From Mycobacterium leprae TN (GTDB taxonomy: Bacteria; Actinomycetota; Actinomycetes; Mycobacteriales; Mycobacteriaceae), in assembly GCF_000195855.1 (NCBI RefSeq), contig NC_002677.1:810001-842000 (forward strand): a stretch of DNA of 32,000 nt, in the 5' to 3' direction. Under the pieces are notes generated by a model that was not told where the DNA came from, searched no databases, and saw only the letters and a list, made by a program, of their open reading frames with translations. The position numbers and the translations under genes were made by a program. Shown here one piece after another: positions 1-9,970 of this stretch (position 1 is its first letter; every line of letters begins with the position of its first letter).

Positions 1-620
1 CCCAGTTCTGCAGCGACCTGCCGAACTCGCTATCTTGACGGTTGGTCATCGGAGACAGAAATGCATTTGCTAGAATAGTTATGGCCCACGTGGATTTCGA
101 CAGCGTCGAAACCGGTGTTGACGGCCAGGCGGGTGGTGTCGGCGTAGGCCACAGCACATCGTGGATATCATCGCGGGTCTTGTGAATGAAGGCCAGCGGG
201 ACACCGCTCAGTGGGTCGGACCATTTATCGGCGATTCGCATCCCGATTGGATTGAAGAACTGCACTGGCACCAGGGCAGTGGCCTTGTTGGAGCCGGCAT
301 CAGTTACCGGACCCGCGTAGCTGATCTGTGTGTTCACCGCCGCGCCCTACGCGTGGATCGCCTGGGTCAGCCGACATAACCCGGTTACTGCCTCCAACAC
401 ATCCAGATCTGATTGCCGTTGGTGTGGCCACCAAGGGAAAGTGCGCAATACGTGACGGTGGTTATGCCCACCCCGCTGGTTGCTGATGATATTTGATCAG
501 GTTATCGGTCACCAGTGCATCTGGCGTGCGCGCCTCGAATGTTGCGGCCTTGATGACAAGGTTACGTAACGTGAACGGATCGAGCTGCGCTCGGCTGAAC
601 ACGTCCGTTGTGTTGGCCAT
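1..620 (-). pseudogene. NADH:flavin oxidoreductase (Old Yellow Enzyme family, Rv3359-like) pseudogene, runs off left edge
   Basis: Minus-strand ATG at 620 gives [52 protein letters not shown], then a stop. Further 3' in a shifted frame is GFDAVEIHVGHNY, which resembles the OYE GFDGVEIH motif. No minus-strand ORF of 60 aa or more survives here. Confidence 0.6.
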
Positions 621-691
621 ATCTGGAGCCTAACCGCCTGCAGCGGGTCTTAAGCATACTGACGCCGGTAGGCTATGTCAGACTGTCAGAC

Positions 692-1540
692 GTGGGTGCA
701 ATCACGCTGGACGGCAAGGCCACCCGAGACGAGATCCTGATCGACCTCAAGCAACGCGTGGCCGCATTAACCGAATCCGGTCGCACGCCCGGACTGGGTA
801 CCATCCTGGTCGGTGACGACCCCGGATCACATGCCTATGTTCGTGGCAAGCACGCCGACTGTGCGAAGGTGGGCATCACATCGATTCGCCGCGACTTGCC
901 CGTCGACATCACAACGGCCGTGCTGCATGACACCATCGAGGAACTGAATGCCAACCCCGACTGCACCGGCTATATCGTGCAGTTGCCGTTACCCAAGTAC
1001 CTGGACGAGAACACGGCGCTGGAGCGTGTCGACCCGGCCAAGGATGCCGACGGCCTGCACCCGACGAACCTCGGCCGGCTAGTGCTGTCCACCCCGGCGC
1101 CGCTGCCGTGTACCGCGCGTGGCATTTTGCACCTGCTACGGCGTTACGGCGTCGAGATCGCCGGAACACACGTCGTCATCATCGGGCGCGGTGTTACGGT
1201 TGGTCGCCCGTTGGGGCTGCTGCTGACACGCCGTTCCGAGAACGCCACGGTGACTTTGTGCCACACAGGAACGCGCAATCTGGCAGCGCTAACCAAGCAG
1301 GCTGACATCATTGTAGCCGCCGTCGGTGTTCCACATCTGCTGACCGCGGATATGGTGCGTCCCGGAGCTGTGGTGGTCGACGTCGGTGTCAGCCGGGTCG
1401 AGACTAGGCTCGTCGGCGACGTGCATCCGGATGTCTGGGAAGTCGCCGGTCACGTCTCACCGAATCCTGGTGGCGTTGGTCCGCTTACCCGGGTGTTTCT
1501 GCTGACCAACGTTGTCGAATTGGCCGAGGGACGGCAGTAA
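692..1540 (+). CDS. folD: bifunctional methylenetetrahydrofolate dehydrogenase/cyclohydrolase FolD
   Basis: ORF 608..1540. Family-typical sequence starts at the in-frame GTG at 692 ([15 protein letters not shown]...). Contains [13 protein letters not shown] and the NADP Rossmann segment [14 protein letters not shown]. The 608-691 extension has no family resemblance. Confidence 0.93.
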   Translation: MGAITLDGKATRDEILIDLKQRVAALTESGRTPGLGTILVGDDPGSHAYVRGKHADCAKVGITSIRRDLPVDITTAVLHDTIEELNANPDCTGYIVQLPLPKYLDENTALERVDPAKDADGLHPTNLGRLVLSTPAPLPCTARGILHLLRRYGVEIAGTHVVIIGRGVTVGRPLGLLLTRRSENATVTLCHTGTRNLAALTKQADIIVAAVGVPHLLTADMVRPGAVVVDVGVSRVETRLVGDVHPDVWEVAGHVSPNPGGVGPLTRVFLLTNVVELAEGRQ

Positions 1541-1542
1541 AC

Positions 1543-1818
1543 GTGCGTGCAGCGTTGCGGTCGCAATGGCCGATTCTGCTGGTTGGGATGATCTTCGCTG
1601 GAGCGTTCGTGCTGGTGGGGGCAAATTTTTGGCGTCGTGGTGCGCTACTAATCGGTATCGGTGTCGGGGTAGCAACAGTGCTGCGACTGGTGTTATCCGA
1701 TGAGCGGGCTGGCCTGTTGATGGTGCGCGGCAAGGTCATCGACTTGGTTACAACGGCGTTAGTCGGTATGGCGATGGTCTACATCGCGTCGACCATCGAC
1801 CCGCTAGGCACCGGCTAG
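1543..1818 (+). CDS. small integral membrane protein (DUF3017 / Rv3355c-like)
   Basis: 91-aa ORF starting 2 nt after the folD stop. It has hydrophobic helices (ILLVGMIFAGAFVLVGA, LLIGIGVGVATVLRLV, LVTTALVGMAMVYIA). Its position after folD matches mycobacterial synteny as I recall it. Confidence 0.7.
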   Translation: MRAALRSQWPILLVGMIFAGAFVLVGANFWRRGALLIGIGVGVATVLRLVLSDERAGLLMVRGKVIDLVTTALVGMAMVYIASTIDPLGTG

Positions 1819-2234
1819 ATTCCCGGTATACCCGGGCCTGGTGGCAGACTGGGTAGGTTGCCGCTGGCTACGTTGGCCATCATCGTGGGGCAGTATATCG
1901 AAATTGCGATCTTGGCGAAGGTTTCGGCCATCTGTGGGGACATGTCGCTGTTTCCCCGAATGCGCTGTACGGCAGCGGCGAAATTGCCTCCCGATTTGGC
2001 GAGTATTGGGCAGACGTAATGGCCCATTGTCATCGCGCTTCTTGGTTCGCCAAAGTTGACGCCGGCGTGATTCAGTGCTTTGATGAAGGTATCGTCGATC
2101 GCATCTGCCTCAGCTGGTACTTCAAACGCTGTTGCCGCGGTGAAGAGGGCAGCGGTCGCCACCAGCAGCCGAATGGTCAATGGCTGACAGCGAAATAGCC
2201 AAATCCAGTGGTCAATTCTCGCCAGCGAGTTCAT
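1815..2234 (-). CDS. secreted DUF732-family protein (Rv3354-like)
   Basis: ORF 1815..2321. The likely start is the internal ATG at 2234 (MNSLARIDHW...). It has a signal-like LTIRLLVATAALFTAATAFEVPAEA, then DDTFIKALNHAGV...CP...YCP, typical of DUF732. Its stop overlaps the convergent 1543..1818 stop within CTAG (1815-1818). Confidence 0.72.
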   Translation of the reverse strand: MNSLARIDHWIWLFRCQPLTIRLLVATAALFTAATAFEVPAEADAIDDTFIKALNHAGVNFGEPRSAMTMGHYVCPILAKSGGNFAAAVQRIRGNSDMSPQMAETFAKIAISIYCPTMMANVASGNLPSLPPGPGIPGI

Positions 2235-2525
2235 GACAGCCCCCAGTCTTTGGAGTGCCTTTAGGGCACTCAACATCAACCTTAGGAACATTGATCTATA
2301 GCAGTCACATTTGCAGCACATGGAGATAAAGTTTTGCGCACTATACTCACTGTCCCGCAGTGAGCTAGGGGTATCGGTTAGTAGATCGCGAGCGGTGCAG
2401 TGTGTTTAAGGCGGATCGAAGCCGCACGGTGATCTGGACACGTGCCACGACAACGGTTTTCTTATGTGTGCGTTGGCTAAGAGTCCGGCCCATGACGACG
2501 AGTCGGGTCCGTGCGCTGAATCTGG

Positions 2526-3400
2526 AATGTCACGGCAGGCGTTTCTTCGCGGCGCCGTCGGCGTATTGACGACTGGAGCTGTGTTTGGCACTGCGCGAGT
2601 TATGGAGGACCCGGCTGTCGGTTAGGGTCCTTTAGTCCCTCTATCGGAGGCATACTTCTGCTTTCAACCAGCGGCACTGCGTTTACCCTGGGCAAGCAAG
2701 TTTTGAATGAATATAACAAAGGCTCTAATCCAGCGGCCGTTGTCAGGGTCTCATTGCAGACGGATGTCCAGAAGGCGGTTGCGTCCGCGACGGCGAACAA
2801 GCTCAAGATCGCCCCGAGTGGTGGTGGGCATTTGTATACTGGGGCGTCGACCGCCTCGGGTATCAGGGTGCTTTACCTGCGCGGGCTGCCCGCTGCGGCG
2901 AACTTTGATAGCGGCAGCGGCAATGTCCCGGTAACATGGATACTACATCTGTATGTGGTTCCACCAGGCGCTGGCCGGGTTGGCGTGCGTCATGCGATCA
3001 GACATTCAGCTAGGTTGCAGTCCAGCGCAATTCAGCGCAAGACACTTAGCCTACGGACCTTGTGGTGTATTAACCAGTGGTAGCTCGAGGCTATCTTTTC
3101 GCGGTTTTGTTGCTGGTTCGGATGTGATCACCGCGGTGAGTAGCAGTGCGGACCGTTCCATCGCCACCGTGCTTGGGCGGTGGCCTGTGGCGGCCGGGTC
3201 GGCGTCGGTGCTCGTCGACTTGCTGGGCGGTGCAGTCGCCTGATGTGGCACTGGAAGATTCAGTTTTCCCCTGACGTCGGTGGGTCCACTGTACTGCAGT
3301 GATACGACCAGTACAACAGTGGCAAGGCGCCCGTGGTTAAGCAATTGCTTAATGCATGCACACCTTGCGGTGCAACCTTTTCGGTGTTGGGTTTTTAGTT
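2526..3400 (+). pseudogene. FAD-linked oxidase (FAD_binding_4 / Rv3351c-3353c-like) pseudogene, 3'-truncated
   Basis: ATG at 2526 gives MSRQAFLRGAVGVLTTGAVFGTA, a degenerate Tat-type signal with RR changed to RQ, then a stop. ORF 2703..3083 carries PAAVVRVSLQTDVQKAVASATANKLKIAPSGGGHLYTGASTASGIRVLYLRGL, a FAD-binding PCMH-type pattern. There are several frameshifts. Only about 290 codons remain before the IS remnant. Confidence 0.55.
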
Positions 3401-3431
3401 ACTAAGTGAAGTCAAGTGACTCTGGTGGATC

Positions 3432-4880
3432 TTATGCTGGGGTGACGGTTTGGTGAATTGAAGTGCTTGGCGACTTCTGTTGTTCCCGGTCCGTCCTACC
3501 TTTCTGGCACCGTGAGTGGCGCTTGGCGGTGGCGTTGATTCGGGTCTTCTTGTCGACAGTGTAGTGCATGCGGACGATGCGGAAGATGTTGTGTTGGTCG
3601 GTGCGCCAGCATGTTGCTATGCGGATGAACAGGATGATGGCGATTTGGCAGATAGCCGAGTCGTGGTGGCGCTCGGTGGTTATGAGTAGCTTGTATTTTC
3701 CCGCCAGTTGCTGTTCGGTCTTGCGAGTTTGATCGGCGGCGGTGAAGAGAGTTTCCTGTAGCAAGGGGTCACCGACATTGGTGAGCTCGTGTTGATGTTC
3801 GGCTTGTCCGGACTGGCTTAAGTTTGGGGATAAGGCCCAGATAGCGGCCAAGGAGTGAAACCGGTATGGGCCGGCGATGACAGCGTAGGTGACAGGTCTG
3901 ACGCCGGGGGTGGATGCGATGATTTCCGGCCGGGTTGGTCTCGGAGTAGAAATTGGCACAGTTTTCGGCGAAATCCTCGTTATGCTCGGCGAGCATCTGG
4001 GCTTGTTCAGTCTCGGCGGTGATGTCGACGGTCAGTTTGGCTAAGTCGATCCGGATTTCAGCACCAGATCCCCACAACTGCAGTGGTTCTTGAGCGGAAG
4101 TCAGCAGAATGGTGGCGTGATGTTCGTGCCAGGCGTCCCGGGGAGTGACGGACCAAAAACGGGTCAGACTGGGGCCGCATGCCCGAGACAGGATCAGGCT
4201 GTGGGGGTCGGGTAGCGGGCCAGCAGCGCCAGTGTGGCCTTACTATAGCTGGATCCCAGCGGCGTCGTACCAGCCCTGGCCCGAGCAGCTCGAACTGGGC
4301 GTCGAGGCGTTGGAGGACGGCGTTACGGCGCTTGACGATCGAGGTGCGGGTCTTGACCATCCGTCGCAGTAGTTCGGCGGGGCCCTTCACCGGTGTGTTC
4401 GGTCAATCCCTTTGACTGTAGTAGCGGTAGTTGGGCCTCCAGCTTGGAGTCCAGGTGGTCTTTTGGTGTATTTGGAGTACTAGGTGCGCAGATATGCTGA
4501 CTGGGTGGTTGGCACTATTGAGATACGGGAACGTCGCGGTGGCGAAACCATGATGCGATCTGGGTATATGCGTTGCGGGGTGGTGCCATCACCACCCGCA
4601 AGGTGTCTTTTTGCTCACCGCAGCCTGATCTGCGTTCAGAGCTTTTCAAATTCAGCGGGCTGGGTGAAGGTACTTGCGTCCGGTTCACGCAATCGTCTCA
4701 TCAGGGCGAACAAGCGATGTTTGGTGCGCAGCCCAGCAGGCCATGTCGATACCCAATATCAGCTTTAAAAACATTCCTTTCGTCGGGGTCCAGGAAGTTC
4801 GATTTTCGACAAGAATAGCCCAGATGAGATACCAGCCGGTTCAGACCGTGTCCGAGGACGACCACTTAAAAACCCGGAAT
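3432..4880 (-). mobile_element. IS110-family transposase remnant (pseudogene)
   Basis: Minus-strand fragments in family order. N-terminal: VVVLGHGLNRLVSHLG. Middle: GPAELLRRMVKTRTSIVKRRNAVLQRLDAQFELLGPG. C-terminal domain: GVRPVTYAVIAGPYRFHSLAAIWALSPNLSQSGQAEHQHELTNVGDPLLQETLFTAA...ERHHDSAICQIAIILFIRIATCWRTDQHNIF. Multiple stops and frameshifts. No terminal inverted repeats seen, as expected for IS110. Confidence 0.6.
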
Positions 4881-4937
4881 CACCATTGTGTTCCAGTAGG
4901 TAGACTGGGCCGTCTGTGGGCACTCACCAAACCTAAA

Positions 4938-6312
4938 ATGTCAGTGGGTTGGTCTAGTTTGAGTATATGGCGTTGTGGCGGGGTCGTTGATCGGGAGAGG
5001 ATCACGGTGGCTTTTGATGCTGCTGTCGGTGGTGTGGCCGCGCTGGCATTCGGTGTGTTGATCAGCCCAGAATGGTTGGCCTTGTTGGAGCGTTGTGAGC
5101 GAGTGTGCCTTCGTTTTCCACTAGTGTATCATAATTGATCAATTCCTTTGCCCGCCAAGCTACCCCAGAATAAGTCGGCGGAAAATCTCCCACACGCTTG
5201 CCGAGTGGACGCTGATCAGCCGCACTGAAAGCATCCTTACGCATCCGCGATACCGCCGGCCTCAGTGAACGGTGTGCGCTCACCGGCGCTCCCGCCACCA
5301 CAGTTGGCCGCCGCCAAAGCTCAACGCGCTGGACGACTCGGCACCGGCCAGGTCATGGTGACCAGCCGTTTTGTCACCAGCTATCTGGCTGGGTCGATAC
5401 GGTGACCCGCGAGCACGCCGAAGCCGATTTGGCTAAGAAGAGAACTCAGTTTCGGCCCTAGCAGCTGGCTAGATTTGCTGACACACTCGCCGACTGTCTC
5501 AACTCCTATGTTACCTAGTGTAGCGCGTACAGCGATGAGGATTAGTCCCGCCGGCGTGGGCTGACCTGGGGCAAGCAAGAGCCGACGGCATGTCTGTGCT
5601 GCGTGATCAGCCCTGATCTGTGCGCCATTGTAAAAGCTAGTGTTGGCCAAACTGGCTTCCCCGGAATGTGTAATCTCACCAATGACATCGTGCGTGTGGA
5701 CGGCGTTCCCAGCCAAGACGTGATAGAGCGCTACACTCGTAGCCCTGGACAGTGCAATAATGACGGGTTCAAGGTAGCATTGTGTGCTCTGCCGGAGTCC
5801 GGTAAGCCGTTCCAGCACAACGAATTATCGGCTTCCATCATCGTCAACACGACGCTGAATGAATTGGAAGTCGCCCCCGGCAAGGTCCTCAGTGGTTGGG
5901 GCGCCATATTGCTGATGTTCGACGTGATCCAGCTGTCCGCCACGTCCGGCATTATCTGGAGATTTTCGATAAGCGCAACGCTCTGGTCCTGTATCCCACG
6001 AAGCTGGTGTCTTCGCCGGTACAGCGAATTATTTTGTAAGACAAGGGTAGTAACCGATAGATTTCGGGATGCACAGTGTTTGGCTACTAATGCGAGGTGC
6101 ATCATGCAACCAACTATGCCAGATTCCGCACCATCGAGGTCAAGAACTTAACCTTTGGCTGCGGCTCCACACCGTCTAACTCAAAAACAGTGGATGGATC
6201 ATCCGAAAACGCGCTAGTGGTGACACGAAGTGGATGCCATGGTCTCATCTTCACCGAGGCTAATTCAGAACTAACTACCTTCTTAAATAACGAAATTCCT
6301 ATGCGCAGGTGA
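4938..6312 (+). pseudogene. REP13E12-type repeat protein (DUF222 + HNH endonuclease) pseudogene
   Basis: Plus-strand fragments in order. First: MSVGW...GGVVDRERITVAFDAAVGGVAALAFGVLISPEWLALLERCERV. Then KAQRAGRLGTGQV and ARADGMSVLRDQP. Then SASIIVNTTLNELEVAPGKVLSGWGAILLMFDVIQLSA. Last: NLTFGCG...TRSGCHGLIFTEANSELTTFLNNEIP. These match the 13E12 family layout as I recall it. Many stops. Confidence 0.6.
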
Positions 6313-6460
6313 CAGTGACGAAGACAACGAGGGGAGTTAGCCTGCGCTAGGTGGCTAATGTCGCTCGAATACACACGGTTACATAGGGAAGTGCCAGTAC
6401 AGCCGAGTGCGTCAACGCTGGGATAGGTGGCCAGCAGCTCACGTACCTGGTCGAGATGCA

Positions 6461-7112
6461 CTAGCTATGAGACGCCACTAGATTGATCAATGCCTGCGGA
6501 GCAAGGTAGCTTGTCCATTTGACTTGATAGCACTCCATATCGGTGAACGGTGCCGGCAGGGTCACTTCGTTGCAGACCGGGTCGCCGTCGTGTCCGATGG
6601 TTTGACTTAGCTCACTCACCCAGAGTAGTCGCCCGTCGCGGGCATGCCATACCACGCCCAGTTGGCCGCTCGGCCGGAGCACCCGGGCCACCTCGGGAAT
6701 GGCTCGTGTGGGATCGCCCTAGTCCTGTACCTGGGCGACCAGAACGACGTCAGCAGCGTTGCTCCCAAAAGAATCTCTTACGCAGTTCCTAGCTGTGCAC
6801 GAGTGTCTGGCAGCGAGGTGCGCAGCACTTCCAGCATCTCGGGAATCGGTTCGACAGCCACGACGTCCAAGCTGTGTTCGACCAGACGAGTGGTCAGTTT
6901 GCCGGTGTCTGCACCCAGGTCGGGAACCTTGCACGCTCCTGTCGGCACAGCCAGTCGATCGTTTCGGGTGGGTAAGATGGGTGTCTTCGCTTAATATCAT
7001 AGGCAACAGCCGCGGAGCCGAACGACAGGGAGCGGTCGTGGCTAGGTTGCGTAAGTGTGACTTGTTGCGTCCTGTTACCCCGTTGCTGGAAATCATCACT
7101 AGCGCGGGTCAT
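6461..7112 (-). pseudogene. class I SAM-dependent methyltransferase (Rv3342-like) pseudogene
   Basis: Minus-strand ATG at 7112 overlaps the metA stop as ATGA. Fragments are FGSAAVAYDIKRRHPSYPPETIDWL, then GKLTTRLVEHSLDVVAVEPIPEMLEVLRTSLPDT in a shifted frame. The C-terminal ORF 6461..6691 reads ARVLRPSGQLGVVWHARD. At least three frame changes. Confidence 0.65.
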
Positions 7113-8257
7113 TGCGAACACGCGTCTTCCTTGGAACCCACGTCGGCCAATTCGAGGGTTTGACGGATCAATTTGCCGACGGCCTCGGATTCCACCAGGA
7201 AGCCGTCGTGCCCGTAGGTGGAGTCTACAACCTGCAGCCCGGTGCAGCCCGGCAGCATCTCGGCCAGCTCCTGCTGCAAGCGCAGTGGGTAGAGCCGATC
7301 CGAGGTAATGCCACCCACCACCACCGGTACCGGGCACCCGCGCAGCGCTGTACCGATCCCTCCGCGGCCCCGGCCAACGTCGTGGCTGTTCAGCGTTTCG
7401 GTCAAGACCACGTAGCTGCCTGCGTCAAAGCGGGCCAATAGCTTGTCACCCTGGTGCTCTAGGTAACTCTGCACTGCGTAACGCCCGCCCGTCGCCGGGT
7501 CCTCATTGCCTTGGTTGTTGTTGGCAAACCGGGTGTCGAGCTCGACCTCGCTGCGGTAGGTCAGGTGGGCGAAGCGGCGGGCAATTGTCAAGCCGTTCTC
7601 TGGTGCCCTCCCTGTCTCGTAGTAGTCACCGCCTTGCCAGTTCGGGTCTGTCTTGATGGCTGCGATTTGGGTGGTTTGGGTGCCGATCTGGTCGGCGGTG
7701 GCGCGCACACCGACCGCCAGCAACAGCCCGGCCCGGACTTGGTCCGGGTGGCCGATGATCCATTCCAGTGCACGCGCCCCGCCCATAGATCCTCCAACGA
7801 CGGCGGCAACCTTTGTAATTCCCATGGCGGCCAGTGCAGCGATATCTGCCTCTACCTGGTCGCGTATAGATATCAGCGGAAATCTTGAACCCCAAGGCTT
7901 TCCGTCGCGGGCAAGCGAACTAGGGCCGGTGGAGCCACGGCAACCGCCCAGCACGTTGGTGGCTATCGCGCACCAGCGGTTGGTGTCGATTGGTGCACCC
8001 GGTCCAGCTATCCAGTCCCACCAGCCGGGTGTGGGATGTCCCGGTCCGGCGGGCCCGGTGATGTGCGAGTCACCGGTGAGTGCATGCAGTACCATCACTA
8101 CGTTGTCTCGCGTGGGCGACAATTCCCCCCAGCGCTGAACGGCGATGCAGACATCGTCGATGACGGCACCGCTTTCGGTGGTAAGTGAGCCGATGTCGAC
8201 CAAGCCGACCTCGCCTTCGGCCGGCAGCTTCTGGGTAGGGACCTTGGAGATTGTCAT
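7109..8257 (-). CDS. metA: homoserine O-acetyltransferase (MetX type)
   Basis: ORF 7109..8272. The likely start is the ATG at 8257 ([25 protein letters not shown]), preceded by GAGGG. It has an alpha/beta-hydrolase nucleophile elbow GGSMGG and full-length family similarity. Confidence 0.92.
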
Positions 8258-8268
8258 GTCAGGAGCCC

Positions 8269-9545
8269 TCAAAAGGCTGCTATAGCCTGCGGATCATTGC
8301 TTTGGCAAGTCGTCGTGAAGCCGAACATCAGGTCGGTCAGGATGTCGTCGATGTTTTCGAGGCTTACGGCGATCCTCACCAAGCCCAGGCTGACGTCGGT
8401 GGACAGTTGCTCTTCCGGTGTCAGCTGGTCGGGGGTGGTTGAAGCCGGATGAATCACCAGCGAGCGCACGTCGCCGATGTAGACGACGTGACTGTGCAGT
8501 TTCAGCGCGTTCACAAACGTCTTGCCAGACTCTGTGCAACCGGCCAGCTCGAACGACAGAATAGCTCCGGTTCCTTTGGCGCCAGCTTTTTTGCCCGTTC
8601 ATGCCATGGCGAACTGGGCAGTCCCGCATAGTTCACGAACACCACGCCTTGGTTGTTGTTTCGGTGGTAAGCCAAAAACTTGACGATCCGCTGCACATTC
8701 ACGACGTGCCATTTCACCCGCAGACTCAGCGTCTCGAGACCTTCGGCCACCAAGAATGCGTTGATAAGGTGAAAAGCCACGGATTTGTAGTAACGCAACA
8801 ACTGTATGCGCACCTTGAGTGTATACGCCAGTGTCCTGAGCTCAGGATACACCACCCTATGGTAATTGGGATCGGGTGTGATGAATTTGGGGAAATGGTC
8901 TTGTGTCCAACCCAAGGTACCGCTGTCGACTATCACTCTGGCGATCGCGGCGCCAGGCCCATTTAAGATATTTGGTCGCCGAGTGCATCACGATGTTTGT
9001 GCCCTGGGGTGAATAGCTGGATGAGATAGGGCGTCACGATGGTGTTGTCGACGGTCAGCGATAGCCCCGTTGGCGTGAGGGATCTCGACGACATCGGGAG
9101 TATCCAGCAGGTCGATCTGCGGGTTGGAGATGATCTTGCCAAAGAACGCTTTCGCGTTCGGTTAGACCGCTGCCTATCACGAATCCAGATGGTCGGGATC
9201 CTCTACGCAGAGGACCTAGATTCTGATCTTGGCCAGCGATATAGTGGAGCAAATTACAGGTTTCGCTGTAGAGCCGTGGGCTGGACACGATGTGATCTCC
9301 GACTCCGGCCAGTTCAAGGTGGCGAATGTTTCTGTGGCCTGCCCGGATGCAAGGAACAGTGTGGCCACGCCGCCCTCGAGCGCGGCGGCATGTGCGGTGT
9401 CGGTGAACGTGTAGGAGGTGGTTTGTTGGCTTGGCAGCGCACGGGCGTTGGTGGCCGAGCCGGGGCTCTGCCTAACATCAATCTGTTTAGTTGCGAATGC
9501 CCAATGCGGATCGACTCGGCTCGGGGGCTGTTTTTCAGAGCTCAC
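8269..9545 (-). pseudogene. metC: O-acetylhomoserine sulfhydrylase (Cys/Met PLP-dependent family, Rv3340-like) pseudogene
   Basis: GTG at 9545 gives VSSEKQPPSRVDPHWAFATKQI...TNARALP...TSYTF.DTAHAAA. Middle fragments sit in other frames (ORF 8511..8936: NAFLVAEGLETLSLRVKWHVVNVQRIVKFL...VNYAGLPSSPWHERAKKLAPK). The C-terminus is ORF 8269..8514 (NALKLHSHVVYIGDVRSLVIHPASTT). Several frameshifts plus an internal deletion. Confidence 0.85.
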
Positions 9546-9702
9546 TTGGGCTGCCTTCTGCTCGGAAGTGGGCTAATCGTGTAATTGGGGTACTCAGGCT
9601 AGGACGTCATCGCTAATGACGTCAACCAACGCTGGTTGCTAGCAGCGATACACATAGCCGCATATCACGTTTCCCTGTTTGCTAAGAGGGCCCGTCACGG
9701 CG

Positions 9703-9821
9703 GACTCGCGCTTGCCGCGTAGCCGGTTCTGGCTACTCAACCTGGTCATCACCGGGGCACTCCAACGCGGTTGGAGGGTTGCCGGCCAGCAAGTCGGGGC
9801 TTGACGCTGGCGCTCATGACC
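9703..9821 (-). promoter_or_regulatory. SAM-IV riboswitch aptamer in the metC-metA leader
   Basis: Minus-strand RNA: GGUCAUGAGCGCCAGCGUCAAGCCCCGACUUGCUGGCCGGCAACCCUCCAACCGCGUUGGAGUGCCCCGGUGAUGACCAGGUUGAGUAGCCAGAACCGGCUACGCGGCAAGCGCGAGUCCG. Helices are GGUCAU/AUGACC, GCCAGC/GCUGGC, CUCCAAC/GUUGGAG and GUAGCC/GGCUAC. The loop CUUGC can pair with the 3' GCAAG as a pseudoknot. It is near-identical to the actinobacterial SAM-IV sequence as I remember it. Confidence 0.85.
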
Positions 9822-9970
9822 GCGTTGCAGCCTATCGCGTGGCCACCCGACCCGACGTCAACTCTGACAGCTTTAGCTGGCCGTTTAGCGACCCTACTAG
9901 CCCATCAAGGCTGTTAGTGGGGCTTGCTTGACAGGCAATAGTTGACACGGGCGGAGGGTTTTAGACTCTA

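Noticed and set aside
608-691. 5' extension of the folD ORF; similar extensions at 26933-27031 (sdhD), 27391-27696 (sdhC), 8258-8272 (metA) and 2235-2321 (DUF732)
   Set aside because: The extra N-terminal residues have no counterpart in the families as I know them. Better-placed start codons exist, some coupled to upstream stops.
5381-5818. 145-aa minus-strand ORF that first looked like a DUF222 N-terminal region
   Set aside because: The plus strand across the same region gives a much longer, correctly ordered series of 13E12-family blocks (ALLERCERV ... ADGMS ... IIVNTTLNELE ... HNH tail). The minus ORF is the antisense shadow.
6114-6461. 115-aa minus-strand ORF starting right after the methyltransferase remnant
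   Set aside because: It has no family resemblance. Most of it is antisense to the 3' end of the REP13E12 remnant. It is probably fortuitous.
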